Below are positions 30,117-39,328 of a stretch of DNA of 64,000 nt, one piece after another. Below the pieces are notes generated by a model, which saw only the letters and a list, made by a program, of their open reading frames with translations, did not search any database and had not been told where the DNA came from. This DNA comes from a virus. The stretch spans positions 32,001-96,000 of IMG/VR virus record IMGVR_UViG_3300045988_119718; one strand, written 5' to 3'. Each line of letters begins with the position of its first letter. The stretch's first letter is position 1. Both the position numbers and the translations under genes were made by a program.

Positions 30117-30185
30117 ATTTATCTAGTACCTCATATAAGGTACTAGATAAACTTTTGATTTAAGTAGGTGTATGAATAACTAATA
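30117..30185. repeat. Conserved ~70-bp intergenic element, copy A
   Basis: Near-identical to 30552..30620. Contains the 24-nt near-perfect palindrome ctagtacctcatataaggtactag (one mismatch), then aaacttttgatttaagtaggtgtATGaataacTAA. Confidence 0.7.
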
Positions 30186-30189
30186 TTAT

Positions 30190-30465
30190 TTATTTCTTTG
30201 ATATAAAATGTTTATCTTTACGATCACAAATTCTAGTTTTAGTATAGATTCTATTCTTAGGAATATCATGTATACCTATTAAACTAAATGCAAAATCATT
30301 ATTATTTTTATTTAATCTAATGAATTCATCACGTATCGATTGTATTGGAGTTAGATTTAAATCAACTATAAAGTTTTCTACTAAATGATAGCACTTATTG
30401 TCATCATCATAATGATATTTTGCTAACCGTTTTAAATTAGAAAAATTTGTTAAATTATTTGTCAT
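30190..30465 (-). CDS. Small paralog 1 of tandem family (91 aa)
   Basis: YHLVENFI...NDFAFSLIGI...RICDRKDKH. RBS AAAAGGAGGAATTT. TATATAAT upstream. Confidence 0.55.
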   Translation of the reverse strand: MTNNLTNFSNLKRLAKYHYDDDNKCYHLVENFIVDLNLTPIQSIRDEFIRLNKNNNDFAFSLIGIHDIPKNRIYTKTRICDRKDKHFISKK

Positions 30466-30551
30466 AATAAATTCCTCCTTTTATCTTTTCAAATATAGAG
30501 ATAATAAAATATTTGATTTACTCATAAATATATTATATAACTGAAAAAGTG

Positions 30552-30620
30552 TATTATCCAGTACCTCATATGAGGTACTGGATAAACTTTTGATTTAGGA
30601 GGTGTATGAACAACTAAATA
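30552..30620. repeat. Conserved ~70-bp intergenic element, copy B
   Basis: tattatccagtacctcatatgaggtactggataaacttttgatttaggaggtgtATGaacaacTAA. Contains the perfect 24-bp palindrome CCAGTACCTCATATGAGGTACTGG. Confidence 0.7.
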
Positions 30621-30623
30621 TAT

Positions 30624-31175
30624 TTATTTACCAGTAGAACCAAATCCACCAGTTCTAATACCATTAGAGGTATCATCATCTACTGTATAGAATGGTAGAA
30701 TAATACCTTGTGCTATTTTTTCATTTTTATCTATAATAAGAGATGAATCTGTAATATCTAAATTTTTTAATGCTATAATAATATCTCCTTCATTATCAGC
30801 ATTTACATAATCTGAATCGATGATACCGATAGTGTTAGCCAGCATCATTCCTAACCCTTTTTTAGATGCACTAGATCTAGGAGATATTTGAAGAATTTTA
30901 TCTTTATCCAAGAAAATTCTAATACCGGTTGGAATAAATACTCTATCTGTAAAAGTAAGAGTAGTAAATGGATTTTTAAAATCGTACCCTGCTGACCCAG
31001 ATGTAGATCTTGCAGGAACACTAATATTTTCATATGCTTGTTCAAAATAATCCATTAATTTATCGTCTTGAACTTTTAATGAATCATCTTTAATATAATC
31101 ATAAATAATTAAAGTACTTAACCATTTTTTGCAGTCTTTAATAAAAGTTTCTTTAGATACTTTTTCAAATCTCAT
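30624..31175 (-). CDS. dut: dUTP diphosphatase
   Basis: Motifs SPRSSASKKGL, GIIDSDY and C-terminal RTGGFGSTGK. Confidence 0.8.
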   Translation of the reverse strand: MRFEKVSKETFIKDCKKWLSTLIIYDYIKDDSLKVQDDKLMDYFEQAYENISVPARSTSGSAGYDFKNPFTTLTFTDRVFIPTGIRIFLDKDKILQISPRSSASKKGLGMMLANTIGIIDSDYVNADNEGDIIIALKNLDITDSSLIIDKNEKIAQGIILPFYTVDDDTSNGIRTGGFGSTGK

Positions 31176-31186
31176 AACGGTGTCTC

Positions 31187-31705
31187 CTATTCATCATAAT
31201 AATTATCTTGTTCTATTTCAACTACTTCACCTTTTTCAAGGCTAGTCTTAACATCTATAAACCTTTGATTGAAAGAACCTCTAAATGACTGGCTATAGTC
31301 TTTTCTTTCCATTAGAAATGGGCCATCTACGACTACATCGCACAGAGATGCTAACTCTTTTCTAGAACTATCTTTAATTAAGTCTTCCCAAGTAAACCCA
31401 GTATAAGCCCAAATATCTTTATCGGGAAATCTAGACTTAAATTCTTTTACAAAGGGAATTAATTCTTTAGAAGAATAGAAGGGATCACCTCCTGTTAAAG
31501 TAATCCCATCTAATAAATCATTACTCTCAATCTGATCAAATATCTCTAATTGTTTTCCTTCGTCAAATACTTTACCATATTTAAAATTCCATGTTTGAGG
31601 ATTATGGCAGTGCTTACAACGATGATTACAACCAGAGATAAATATTGCCATTCTAATTCCAGGGCCATCTACGATACTATTATCTTCAATACCAGCTAAT
31701 CTCAT
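31187..31705 (-). CDS. nrdG: Anaerobic ribonucleotide reductase activating protein (radical SAM)
   Basis: [15 protein letters not shown] (CxxxCxxC). ~170 aa. Directly downstream of nrdD. Confidence 0.85.
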   Translation of the reverse strand: MRLAGIEDNSIVDGPGIRMAIFISGCNHRCKHCHNPQTWNFKYGKVFDEGKQLEIFDQIESNDLLDGITLTGGDPFYSSKELIPFVKEFKSRFPDKDIWAYTGFTWEDLIKDSSRKELASLCDVVVDGPFLMERKDYSQSFRGSFNQRFIDVKTSLEKGEVVEIEQDNYYDE

Positions 31706-31728
31706 TTTTACTTCTCCTAGTTTATAAC

Positions 31729-34407
31729 TTACAGTGTATGTTTTACCCTATCATTAGTTTCAGAAATTTTACCTTTATTAAACTTACGATAATCAGTGGT
31801 GATATAACCAGTAACTCTACGGAGTCTCTTAATATCATCAGAACCACATGCAGGGCAATGCTCTTCAATTTCTCCACTGAATCCACAATGATTGCATGTA
31901 TCAATAGGGAAATTAATAGCAAAGTATGGAATACGCTCATTATTCATAGCATAGTTAATAATCTTTTCTACAGCTCTAGGATTATTAATTACACCAGAAT
32001 TAAGTTCAATGTAAGTAATGCATCCACCAGTACACATCCATGTGAAATTAGATTCTGTGTCAATCTTATCTCTAATAGAAATATTTTCATAAACTGGTAC
32101 ATGGCAAGAATTAGTAAGATAATCTCTGTCGCAAACATTCTTAATCTTACCAAACTTCTTTTGTAATTTAGTTGCTAATGTATAACATGTACTCTCGGAT
32201 GGAGAACTGTATGCGGAGAAGTTCAAATGATATTTTTCTGTATTCTCTTTAGCTCTATCATAGATAGTCTTAATTACTTTTTTAGCAAATTCCATTACTT
32301 TCTTATCTTGATGGAAGTATTTACCATACATTGCATAGCAAGCATTAGCTAATCCGATGTACCCAAGAGCTTGTGAACCATGCTTCATTGATTCTTTAAC
32401 TCCAAAGAATAATGCTTTATCTGAATCAGCAATAGTACCATTATTGTACATAAAAGAACCGGCTTTAATAGACTGAGAGCAAATATATTTATATCTATCT
32501 AAGAGTTCTTTAGTTGCTAAATCAAGCATATGATTTAATTCTTTAAAGAATCCTTCTTCATCTGGAGTATCTCGTTCACCTAAGCAAATACCATGCTCAA
32601 TACCGATATATGGAAGGTTAATAGTAACTGGGGTTACATTACCTCTACCAAGTTTATTATATCCCATGCCATTTACATCGTTACCAATTAATGTTCTGCA
32701 ACCCATAGTTGCCATCTCAGTATCAGGGTTGTAATTCCATTTTGGATTTGGGTAAGATATATGAATTACTGCTAAATCACTGTAATCAGAAATATGCTTC
32801 TTATGAATATCATACCCAGCCGATTCTGTAGTAATATAAATCTTTTCAATATTACCAAGATCATTAATAGTATAGCTGATATAATAGAGTCTAGTATAAT
32901 GATCACTTTCTCTTCTATTATAATCATTATTACTGCAATTAGAATCTTTAATTAAGAATCTATCTTTATGATTAACCAATTTAATAGTTACTTCTTTATG
33001 GTTGGCAATAACGTCAGCATTATTGCGTGCAATGACTTTCTTAATGAAAGCACCAAGAGTTGTATGTTCTTCTACAGTCTTCTTTTTAAGTTTATCCATA
33101 TAATCGAAGTCTGTTCTAATCATTACTTCATCATTAGAATCTGCCGCTTCGTATTCTTTATTAATAAACTTAATTGGATGCAAATCGGCTTTATTAGAAA
33201 TCCAATCACCATTAGCAAAGTTAGGGTAAATTCTCTTAGTTAATGATTTAATAGCAAGCTTCTTCAAATCATAATTAGGAGTATACACTCTATCATTAAC
33301 TTCTTTTTTATTTACAAAAATAGAAATTGGGAAGATAGAAGTAGAATGATTTTTACCAATACCATCAATAGATGCTTTTAAGCACCATTCTGTAACTTTT
33401 CTACCTTCAAATGAAGTATCCAAACCAAAATTAATAGAAGTAAATGGTACTTGACTGCCAGCTCTGGATTCCAATGTATTAAGGTTATGGTATAAAGCCT
33501 GAGTAGACTGTAAACCTTCTTTTTCAAGAGATTCCATAGCAAACATATACGCCATTCTATTAAAGGCTTTAAAGATGTTCCATTCTGCTGAGATAGATGC
33601 AGTTTCAATATTGAATCCATGGTTTGCAGTAAATGTATCCCAATCACCAGGATTACCAAACCAATGTAAACCATTCTTATAGTGTTTAATGAATGACTTT
33701 CTTACATATGGAGCTAAATGTCTATCAATAGCATTATCAGCTACACCACCAAACTGACACTGAGACTGAATCTGGAAGATTACAGCTAATAACTGGCATG
33801 CAGTAGAGAAACAAGATGCTGGTCTTACATCACCATTTCTAGCTTCAAATCCATTACCCAATAATCTAGGAATATCAGCAAATAAGCAGTTATGCTCACC
33901 AATAGTATATTCAGATAAATCATGAATATATAATCTACCTTCATTATATGCTTCAGTAATTTCAGGATCAATCAAATCATTTAATGCGATTTCTTTTTGA
34001 ATCAGATTAGCTGATTCATTCTTTCTACCACCGAAAGAATACTCATCAATATTAGCATTAGAGTTCTGTACATTAGAGCAATTAAGAATCTTCTTAATGT
34101 TAATCATTGTAGCAGATTTTCTGTTTCTAATGATATTTCTCTGGTTTCTATAAGTAATATACTCTTTAGCAACTTTAGGAAGTTTTTTCATTAACTTCTC
34201 TTCTACAATATCTTGAATATCTTCTACTCCTGGAATAGACTTATTAGCTTTATTAACTTCTTTAACTACTTGGGTAGTAACGTTAGATGCTTCTTTTTCA
34301 TCTACCATGTCTACTGACTTCATAGCTTTCAAAATTGCATTTGTAATTTTATCTTTATTAAAGTCTACAATACTTCCATCACGTTTTTCAATCTTTTTAA
34401 TAGCCAT
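31729..34407 (-). CDS. nrdD: Anaerobic (class III) ribonucleoside-triphosphate reductase
   Basis: C-terminal [18 protein letters not shown] zinc ribbon and glycine-radical motif RVTGYIT. 892 aa, which is long for the family. Confidence 0.85.
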   Translation of the reverse strand: MAIKKIEKRDGSIVDFNKDKITNAILKAMKSVDMVDEKEASNVTTQVVKEVNKANKSIPGVEDIQDIVEEKLMKKLPKVAKEYITYRNQRNIIRNRKSATMINIKKILNCSNVQNSNANIDEYSFGGRKNESANLIQKEIALNDLIDPEITEAYNEGRLYIHDLSEYTIGEHNCLFADIPRLLGNGFEARNGDVRPASCFSTACQLLAVIFQIQSQCQFGGVADNAIDRHLAPYVRKSFIKHYKNGLHWFGNPGDWDTFTANHGFNIETASISAEWNIFKAFNRMAYMFAMESLEKEGLQSTQALYHNLNTLESRAGSQVPFTSINFGLDTSFEGRKVTEWCLKASIDGIGKNHSTSIFPISIFVNKKEVNDRVYTPNYDLKKLAIKSLTKRIYPNFANGDWISNKADLHPIKFINKEYEAADSNDEVMIRTDFDYMDKLKKKTVEEHTTLGAFIKKVIARNNADVIANHKEVTIKLVNHKDRFLIKDSNCSNNDYNRRESDHYTRLYYISYTINDLGNIEKIYITTESAGYDIHKKHISDYSDLAVIHISYPNPKWNYNPDTEMATMGCRTLIGNDVNGMGYNKLGRGNVTPVTINLPYIGIEHGICLGERDTPDEEGFFKELNHMLDLATKELLDRYKYICSQSIKAGSFMYNNGTIADSDKALFFGVKESMKHGSQALGYIGLANACYAMYGKYFHQDKKVMEFAKKVIKTIYDRAKENTEKYHLNFSAYSSPSESTCYTLATKLQKKFGKIKNVCDRDYLTNSCHVPVYENISIRDKIDTESNFTWMCTGGCITYIELNSGVINNPRAVEKIINYAMNNERIPYFAINFPIDTCNHCGFSGEIEEHCPACGSDDIKRLRRVTGYITTDYRKFNKGKISETNDRVKHTL

Positions 34408-34413
34408 AATGAA

Positions 34414-35454
34414 CTATTTCCCTTCTTCATAAATATTATATTTAACTGGTGAACCAGCAGCCTTTTTATGACCACCACCACCATAGGATCTTGCGATCTC
34501 ACTTGCATCTACATTTTCTTTAGCTGTATAGAAGGATACTGTATAACCATCGGAATCTTTGTTCTTTCTAATGAGAGAAACAAAGTCAAAATCATTTATA
34601 TGATTTCCGAATACGGTAGAATTTCCGCTACCATACATATAACAGCAGTTATAAACGTTACCGTTAAAGCTAAAAGTAGTAGGTTTAGCAAACGCTCTAT
34701 ATCTAATTTCATTTACAATCACCGATTCATCATAAAATTCTTTACCAAATTTAAGGGCTTTATCTAAATAATCCCTATTGCAAAGCAATTCAGTTACCAT
34801 ATCAGAACCAATGTATAACTGATTGGAACGCAGAGTAAAGTTATAAATAGACAAGCAATCTTCTCTATCTTTAATACTAAGGAATCCAAATCTATCGTAT
34901 CTATCAATCAATCCAATAGCTTTTTCATTGACTGAATCTGCAAATGTAGCACCATAAGAATTTACACAATCTTTAAAGATATTGTAGCAAAGTCCTACAC
35001 CTGCATTCTTAACACAGATATGCATTCCCAAAGATCTATCATAAATCTTATTCTTATAGAATTTATAATTAGAATCGATTTCTCTCAATGTAGTGAGATG
35101 ATGGTCAATAATGAAAGCACTATTTGCATTTTTCAAAATAGCTTTAATATCATTCATCTTAAGAGAAAGGTCTACTACAATTACATTGCTACCTTTCTTG
35201 ATATACGAAGAAAAATCAAACTGTCTTTCATAGTTATATGGTACGCATGTAATAGAAATTTTAGTATTACCAATAAACTCTTTAATAGCTTTAATTACAA
35301 TCTGAGCAGAAAAGATTCCGTCTGCATCTACATGATGAATGAGGACTAACGGTTTAGTAGAGCCTTCTTGATATTCTTTAAAAATACCAAATTCTAAAGC
35401 ACTATCATGAGACTTGAAATAACGGTCTTTTTCTGCTTTAATAACGATTGCCAT
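34414..35454 (-). CDS. DHH-DHHA1 family phosphoesterase (NrnA/RecJ-like)
   Basis: Motifs LIHHVDADGIFSA (motif I), AFIIDHH (DHH motif III) and GGGGHKKAAGS (DHHA1 GGGH). Confidence 0.7.
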   Translation of the reverse strand: MAIVIKAEKDRYFKSHDSALEFGIFKEYQEGSTKPLVLIHHVDADGIFSAQIVIKAIKEFIGNTKISITCVPYNYERQFDFSSYIKKGSNVIVVDLSLKMNDIKAILKNANSAFIIDHHLTTLREIDSNYKFYKNKIYDRSLGMHICVKNAGVGLCYNIFKDCVNSYGATFADSVNEKAIGLIDRYDRFGFLSIKDREDCLSIYNFTLRSNQLYIGSDMVTELLCNRDYLDKALKFGKEFYDESVIVNEIRYRAFAKPTTFSFNGNVYNCCYMYGSGNSTVFGNHINDFDFVSLIRKNKDSDGYTVSFYTAKENVDASEIARSYGGGGHKKAAGSPVKYNIYEEGK

Positions 35455-35618
35455 TTTACTTCCTCCAATTAAATATAATTACTAAATATAATAGTAGTAA
35501 TGGATTGTTTCTAATATACTTATTTTTAATACCTATAGAATAGGATTACAAAAAATAAAGATAGAATTTATATTATCCCTAATAGGAATAGAAGTATACG
35601 TAATCTTATTATGGAAGA

Positions 35619-35660
35619 TAAAAAATAAAGGGCGGTCATAAGACCACCCTTTATTTTGCT
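35619..35660 (-). terminator. Rho-independent terminator
   Basis: aaagggcggtcataagaccacccttt followed by ttatttt. Confidence 0.65.
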
Positions 35661-35682
35661 TATTCATTTTTGAAATGAATAA

Positions 35683-37314
35683 TTAATGCTTAGGGAAAAC
35701 TACAGGATTGTAGATTCCATCGAAACCTCTAATCGTAGAGTTGAGGTCAGTTACATTTTTGTACAGCTGGCACTCTGGGTTGTACTTGCGAATAGATTTG
35801 AATACTTCACCAACTCTATTCTTTTCATCTTCATCTGAATCCGAGTTATTAACAACCCAGTTTACAATATCAGACAAGAAGATAGCTTTCTTAGCATCGT
35901 AAACAACCTTATCAAAGTCAGTGGATGGAGTTGGGATAGAAACTGGTTTGGGTTCTTCCTTTACCACTTCTTTTACCTCTGGTTCTACAACCTCCTCTTC
36001 TTCTACTGCTGGAGTGCTATTAGCATGAGTTGGGTAATCGATCTTGATTACAGTTGAAGAATTGTCAACAGGAACAAACTCTCTATTGATCAGGTTGTAT
36101 TTTCTAGCGAGATCAATGAACTCATTACTTGCACCTACAGCATTGAAAGCATTGCTGTTGATGTCATGTTTCCACCAATCAATGTATCTTTCATAAGACG
36201 GAATCAAATCAATCAGCCGATTATCGAAAATGTATTTGGCAATGATATTTTTATCAAATACCAAAACATCTTTTACTTCTTTACCGTTATGGCACAGGGT
36301 ATGCTTATCCGGCAAATACCCCATATCTTTAACACCCTCAATGAAATCTTTCAAAGAGAATGTTGCGTCTTTACGGTAGAAGAGAGCATAATACGTTTTC
36401 AGCAACCGCTTCAAACCAACAGGATTGAAAATCAACAGATTCTTTGTCTGAGTTGCACAGACTACGCTGTCGTTCACATTTTCATTGAAGAAGTAATCAA
36501 TGCCCATGTACAGCGGGAAGTACCAAATCAGATTTAACAGTACTCTGCGATAATCATCCACTTTATGCACTGGGGTGCTTACTGTTTTGTGCCCTCCGAC
36601 ATATGGATTGATATCAGTAACGATGAAATTTTCCAAATCACGATTCATACTAGAAGATTTGAGATAATAACTATTAACGTCATTCTCTTCTTCTTTGTCG
36701 AATCTAATAGCTGGTGGTTCTTCTGTTTTGGTAGAAACCACTAAAGTGATATTAGGAGCAGTATTATTAAAGGTTACACCACCCATATTTTTTGCTTTAG
36801 CATCATTAAGCAGCAGCTGTACACCGGCTCTGGTGAAAACATAGACACCAGAGATTTCTTTTGCCAGATATTCATCGACCAGTTGTGGCAGATTCTGCTT
36901 GATGAGATTTTTGATATCTCCATTGTAGTAGACTTTAGAAATTTTGAAGATTTCTTTTACGTCATCTACAGAGAAGATATCTCTGATATCATTGGTGGCA
37001 GGCTTGAAGAATCTGTTTTCTTTCTTCTTGAAATCCATGATAGACTTCTCGATATACTTGTGAATAATTCCTCTCAAAATACCGAGTCTGCCCTGTGCAG
37101 CAGCCTGTACATCATACACTCTGATGAAGCCAGAAACAAGTTCTCTGGTATTTGCTTCATCCAGATTGTAAATAACGTCAGAGAATTTCTCGATGTTTTC
37201 AACCAATGGTTTGATATCGAGATTTGCTTCTTTGCAAATAGCGTCATGAACCGAAACAAAAACCGGTACAATGTATACTTCTTTTGTAACTTTTTCAAAC
37301 AGTTCTTTACTCAT
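35683..37314 (-). CDS. Hypothetical abundant protein (543 aa), codon-optimised
   Basis: Long ORF in a visibly G+C-richer stretch, resembling the capsid gene's composition. No motif recognised. Confidence 0.55.
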   Translation of the reverse strand: MSKELFEKVTKEVYIVPVFVSVHDAICKEANLDIKPLVENIEKFSDVIYNLDEANTRELVSGFIRVYDVQAAAQGRLGILRGIIHKYIEKSIMDFKKKENRFFKPATNDIRDIFSVDDVKEIFKISKVYYNGDIKNLIKQNLPQLVDEYLAKEISGVYVFTRAGVQLLLNDAKAKNMGGVTFNNTAPNITLVVSTKTEEPPAIRFDKEEENDVNSYYLKSSSMNRDLENFIVTDINPYVGGHKTVSTPVHKVDDYRRVLLNLIWYFPLYMGIDYFFNENVNDSVVCATQTKNLLIFNPVGLKRLLKTYYALFYRKDATFSLKDFIEGVKDMGYLPDKHTLCHNGKEVKDVLVFDKNIIAKYIFDNRLIDLIPSYERYIDWWKHDINSNAFNAVGASNEFIDLARKYNLINREFVPVDNSSTVIKIDYPTHANSTPAVEEEEVVEPEVKEVVKEEPKPVSIPTPSTDFDKVVYDAKKAIFLSDIVNWVVNNSDSDEDEKNRVGEVFKSIRKYNPECQLYKNVTDLNSTIRGFDGIYNPVVFPKH

Positions 37315-37325
37315 GATAGACTCCT

Positions 37326-38177
37326 TTACTTGTTATAAATGAATTCCTTCAATTTCTTGTAATCAACACTATTGGAAAGCAGCATATACTCTAAGTACTG
37401 CTTCTCGTCATCGCTTACATAACACGACAACAGTTTCTTGTTCTTCCTCCTCCAATTCTTCAATACACTACTGATGGAAATGTAATTATGTTTTGCTTTT
37501 GTGTACTCCTCCTTGAACTTGCCCAGAGATGGGAGTTGTTTACCAAGCAAATACAGAGTGAATGCTTTCTCAAAACTGGTACCATTGACAACCTCAGTTT
37601 TTTTGAGCTTGTTATATCTCAGTGTCCAATAGATATTCAGGTCAGAGCTTGCTTCAACAAGCTTATGCGAAGATACAAAATCAATGAATTCATCAGATTC
37701 ATTAAGTACATACGCCATCAGAATAATAAATCCCAACAGCTCATCATGATCAACTGCTACCTCGCAATTATTGAGTCTAAACAATTTACCTAATGCAGCA
37801 AGCAATACGTTTGCATTGGTATCATAATAGATCCATGAGCTACCTGTAGTAAGCCTAGTCATCATATCGGCGGTATTAATTGGCAGTGTCTTTTTCTGGG
37901 TATTGGTAATGATATCAATATCACCATTCACAATCCTATCAAGCATGAACTGAATACCATAATAAACCAATTTGGTATCATCAACACCAATTTTGCCTAA
38001 TTTCTCAGTAACATAATTAAGCTGAGATGCCATAGTAAAATCTAAACCTGGTCTGGTTCTGGCAATAGCCCAGATACCACTACGCATGGTGGTTCTGAAC
38101 AAATCTAACTCTTCTTCTACAGACTGGATAGAGTTTGGTTGATTGAAAACATTGAACGAAACTTTCATAACAGTCAT
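37326..38177 (-). CDS. Hypothetical protein (283 aa)
   Basis: ORF 11 nt downstream of the previous gene. Also relatively G+C-rich. Confidence 0.5.
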   Translation of the reverse strand: MTVMKVSFNVFNQPNSIQSVEEELDLFRTTMRSGIWAIARTRPGLDFTMASQLNYVTEKLGKIGVDDTKLVYYGIQFMLDRIVNGDIDIITNTQKKTLPINTADMMTRLTTGSSWIYYDTNANVLLAALGKLFRLNNCEVAVDHDELLGFIILMAYVLNESDEFIDFVSSHKLVEASSDLNIYWTLRYNKLKKTEVVNGTSFEKAFTLYLLGKQLPSLGKFKEEYTKAKHNYISISSVLKNWRRKNKKLLSCYVSDDEKQYLEYMLLSNSVDYKKLKEFIYNK

Positions 38178-38181
38178 CTCC

Positions 38182-38721
38182 TTATCTTGTTAAAAACTCT
38201 TTGAGCTTCTCAATGGAAACCCTTCTCTCAAAGATATCTGTAAGCAACGTAGAAACAATAACTGCGTCCTCTTTAGTAATCTTCTTAGAGTCTCCATTGA
38301 TACCCTCAATGAAATCCTTGATCTTGAAACCGTTTTCAGTAGTGACTCCATCTTTCTCTTTCATCACTTCCTGGACTTTTTCTTGATCCATAATCTGTTC
38401 ACCTTCTTCCTGTAAATCACTTGGGATATCAGAAACTTTAGAAAAAGCAGATTTAAGCTCTTTCTTTGGAAAGATATTGAGTTTTTTAAGCTCAATATAA
38501 GTTGCACCCAATTTGATACATTCATCAATAATCATATTGGGTTGATGCAAGCTATGGTAGCTACTAACAGAGTGGTTATTCACTCCAATGAGAAATGCTG
38601 CCAAATCCTTACTGATTCCGAATTTGTTCATAATCCAATACACAGATGATGCCTTGGATCTTGCTGATGCAATAAGATATTGAATCTGCTTGAACGTGTA
38701 CTTTGATTTATTGCCAATCAT
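38182..38721 (-). CDS. Hypothetical protein (179 aa)
   Basis: ORF. Possible helix-turn-helix near the N-terminus (weak). Confidence 0.45.
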   Translation of the reverse strand: MIGNKSKYTFKQIQYLIASARSKASSVYWIMNKFGISKDLAAFLIGVNNHSVSSYHSLHQPNMIIDECIKLGATYIELKKLNIFPKKELKSAFSKVSDIPSDLQEEGEQIMDQEKVQEVMKEKDGVTTENGFKIKDFIEGINGDSKKITKEDAVIVSTLLTDIFERRVSIEKLKEFLTR

Positions 38722-38796
38722 TTTTTACCTCCTTTAGTATAAAACACAATAAACCTTCAATGATATAATATATAATTATTTTTAAAAATACTTGTC

Positions 38797-38832
38797 AAAA
38801 AATAAAGAAGAGAGGAATAGACCTCTCTTCTA
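38797..38832 (-). terminator. Rho-independent terminator
   Basis: agaagagaggaatagacctctcttct followed by a T-run on the minus strand, just after topo exon 2. Confidence 0.7.
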
Positions 38833-38834
38833 AA

Positions 38835-39010
38835 TTATAAATCAAATCCAGCAATATCTACACCCTGCAATAAAGAAGTATAATTAGAATCAGTTCTACG
38901 AATATCTTCAATTTCTTTAGCAATATTTTCAGAAGTATATCTAATCAAGGTTCTATTATATTCAGGTAATAAAGTAGAAACTGCTAATTGAGCTGGCTTC
39001 ATTTCGCCTA
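38835..39010 (-). CDS. Type II topoisomerase GyrB-like large subunit, exon 2 (C-terminal ~57 aa: GEMKPAQLAVSTLLPEYNRTLIRY...LLQGVDIAGFDL)
   Basis: Aligns with the GyrB C-terminus [25 protein letters not shown]...LMGDAVEPRR. Continues the reading frame of exon 1 once 39011..39328 is removed. Confidence 0.75.
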
Positions 39011-39328
39011 CGTGTTCATCTGTTATCACTAACAGCACTGACTATTTCTTCACTAGGACTAAACGCTAATTAACTGTCCATCATAGTGCTAACCATTTCC
39101 AAATACGTATCAATAGTATTTGTACTCTCCGACAAAGGAGATAGTCGATACAGGTTTAGGTTTAAGAAATTCTATATTTGCTTTCCTCCATTTTAATATT
39201 AAAATACTTAGAAAGCAAACCCTACTTCCCACGAGACATTCTTATTTACAATAAGACGACCCTCGTTAGCTACAAGATTCTGTAACCCCGATGATGAATC
39301 GGAAAGATTAGTTAGGCCTCGTTCACTA
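39011..39328 (-). ncRNA. Putative group I self-splicing intron (~318 nt, no ORF) interrupting the topoisomerase large-subunit gene
   Basis: No ORF in any frame. G+C-richer than its surroundings. Exon 1 ends ...AAAGGCU (terminal U). Intron nt ~9-14 GAGGCC can pair with it as a P1 helix with a U.G wobble. Intron ends ...GAACACG (terminal G) before UAGGCGAAAUG. Boundaries ambiguous by 1-3 nt. Confidence 0.6.

Noticed and set aside
31738-37338. Numerous 60-150-aa ORFs antisense to nrdD, the DHH gene and the 543-aa gene
   Set aside because: All are embedded in genes with strong motif support or codon bias. None has an RBS.
39011-39328. tRNA or other small RNA gene in the G+C-richer gap
   Set aside because: No cloverleaf elements (no GTTCRA T-loop, no acceptor pairing) were seen. 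The flanking split of a conserved protein motif explains the region as an intron.
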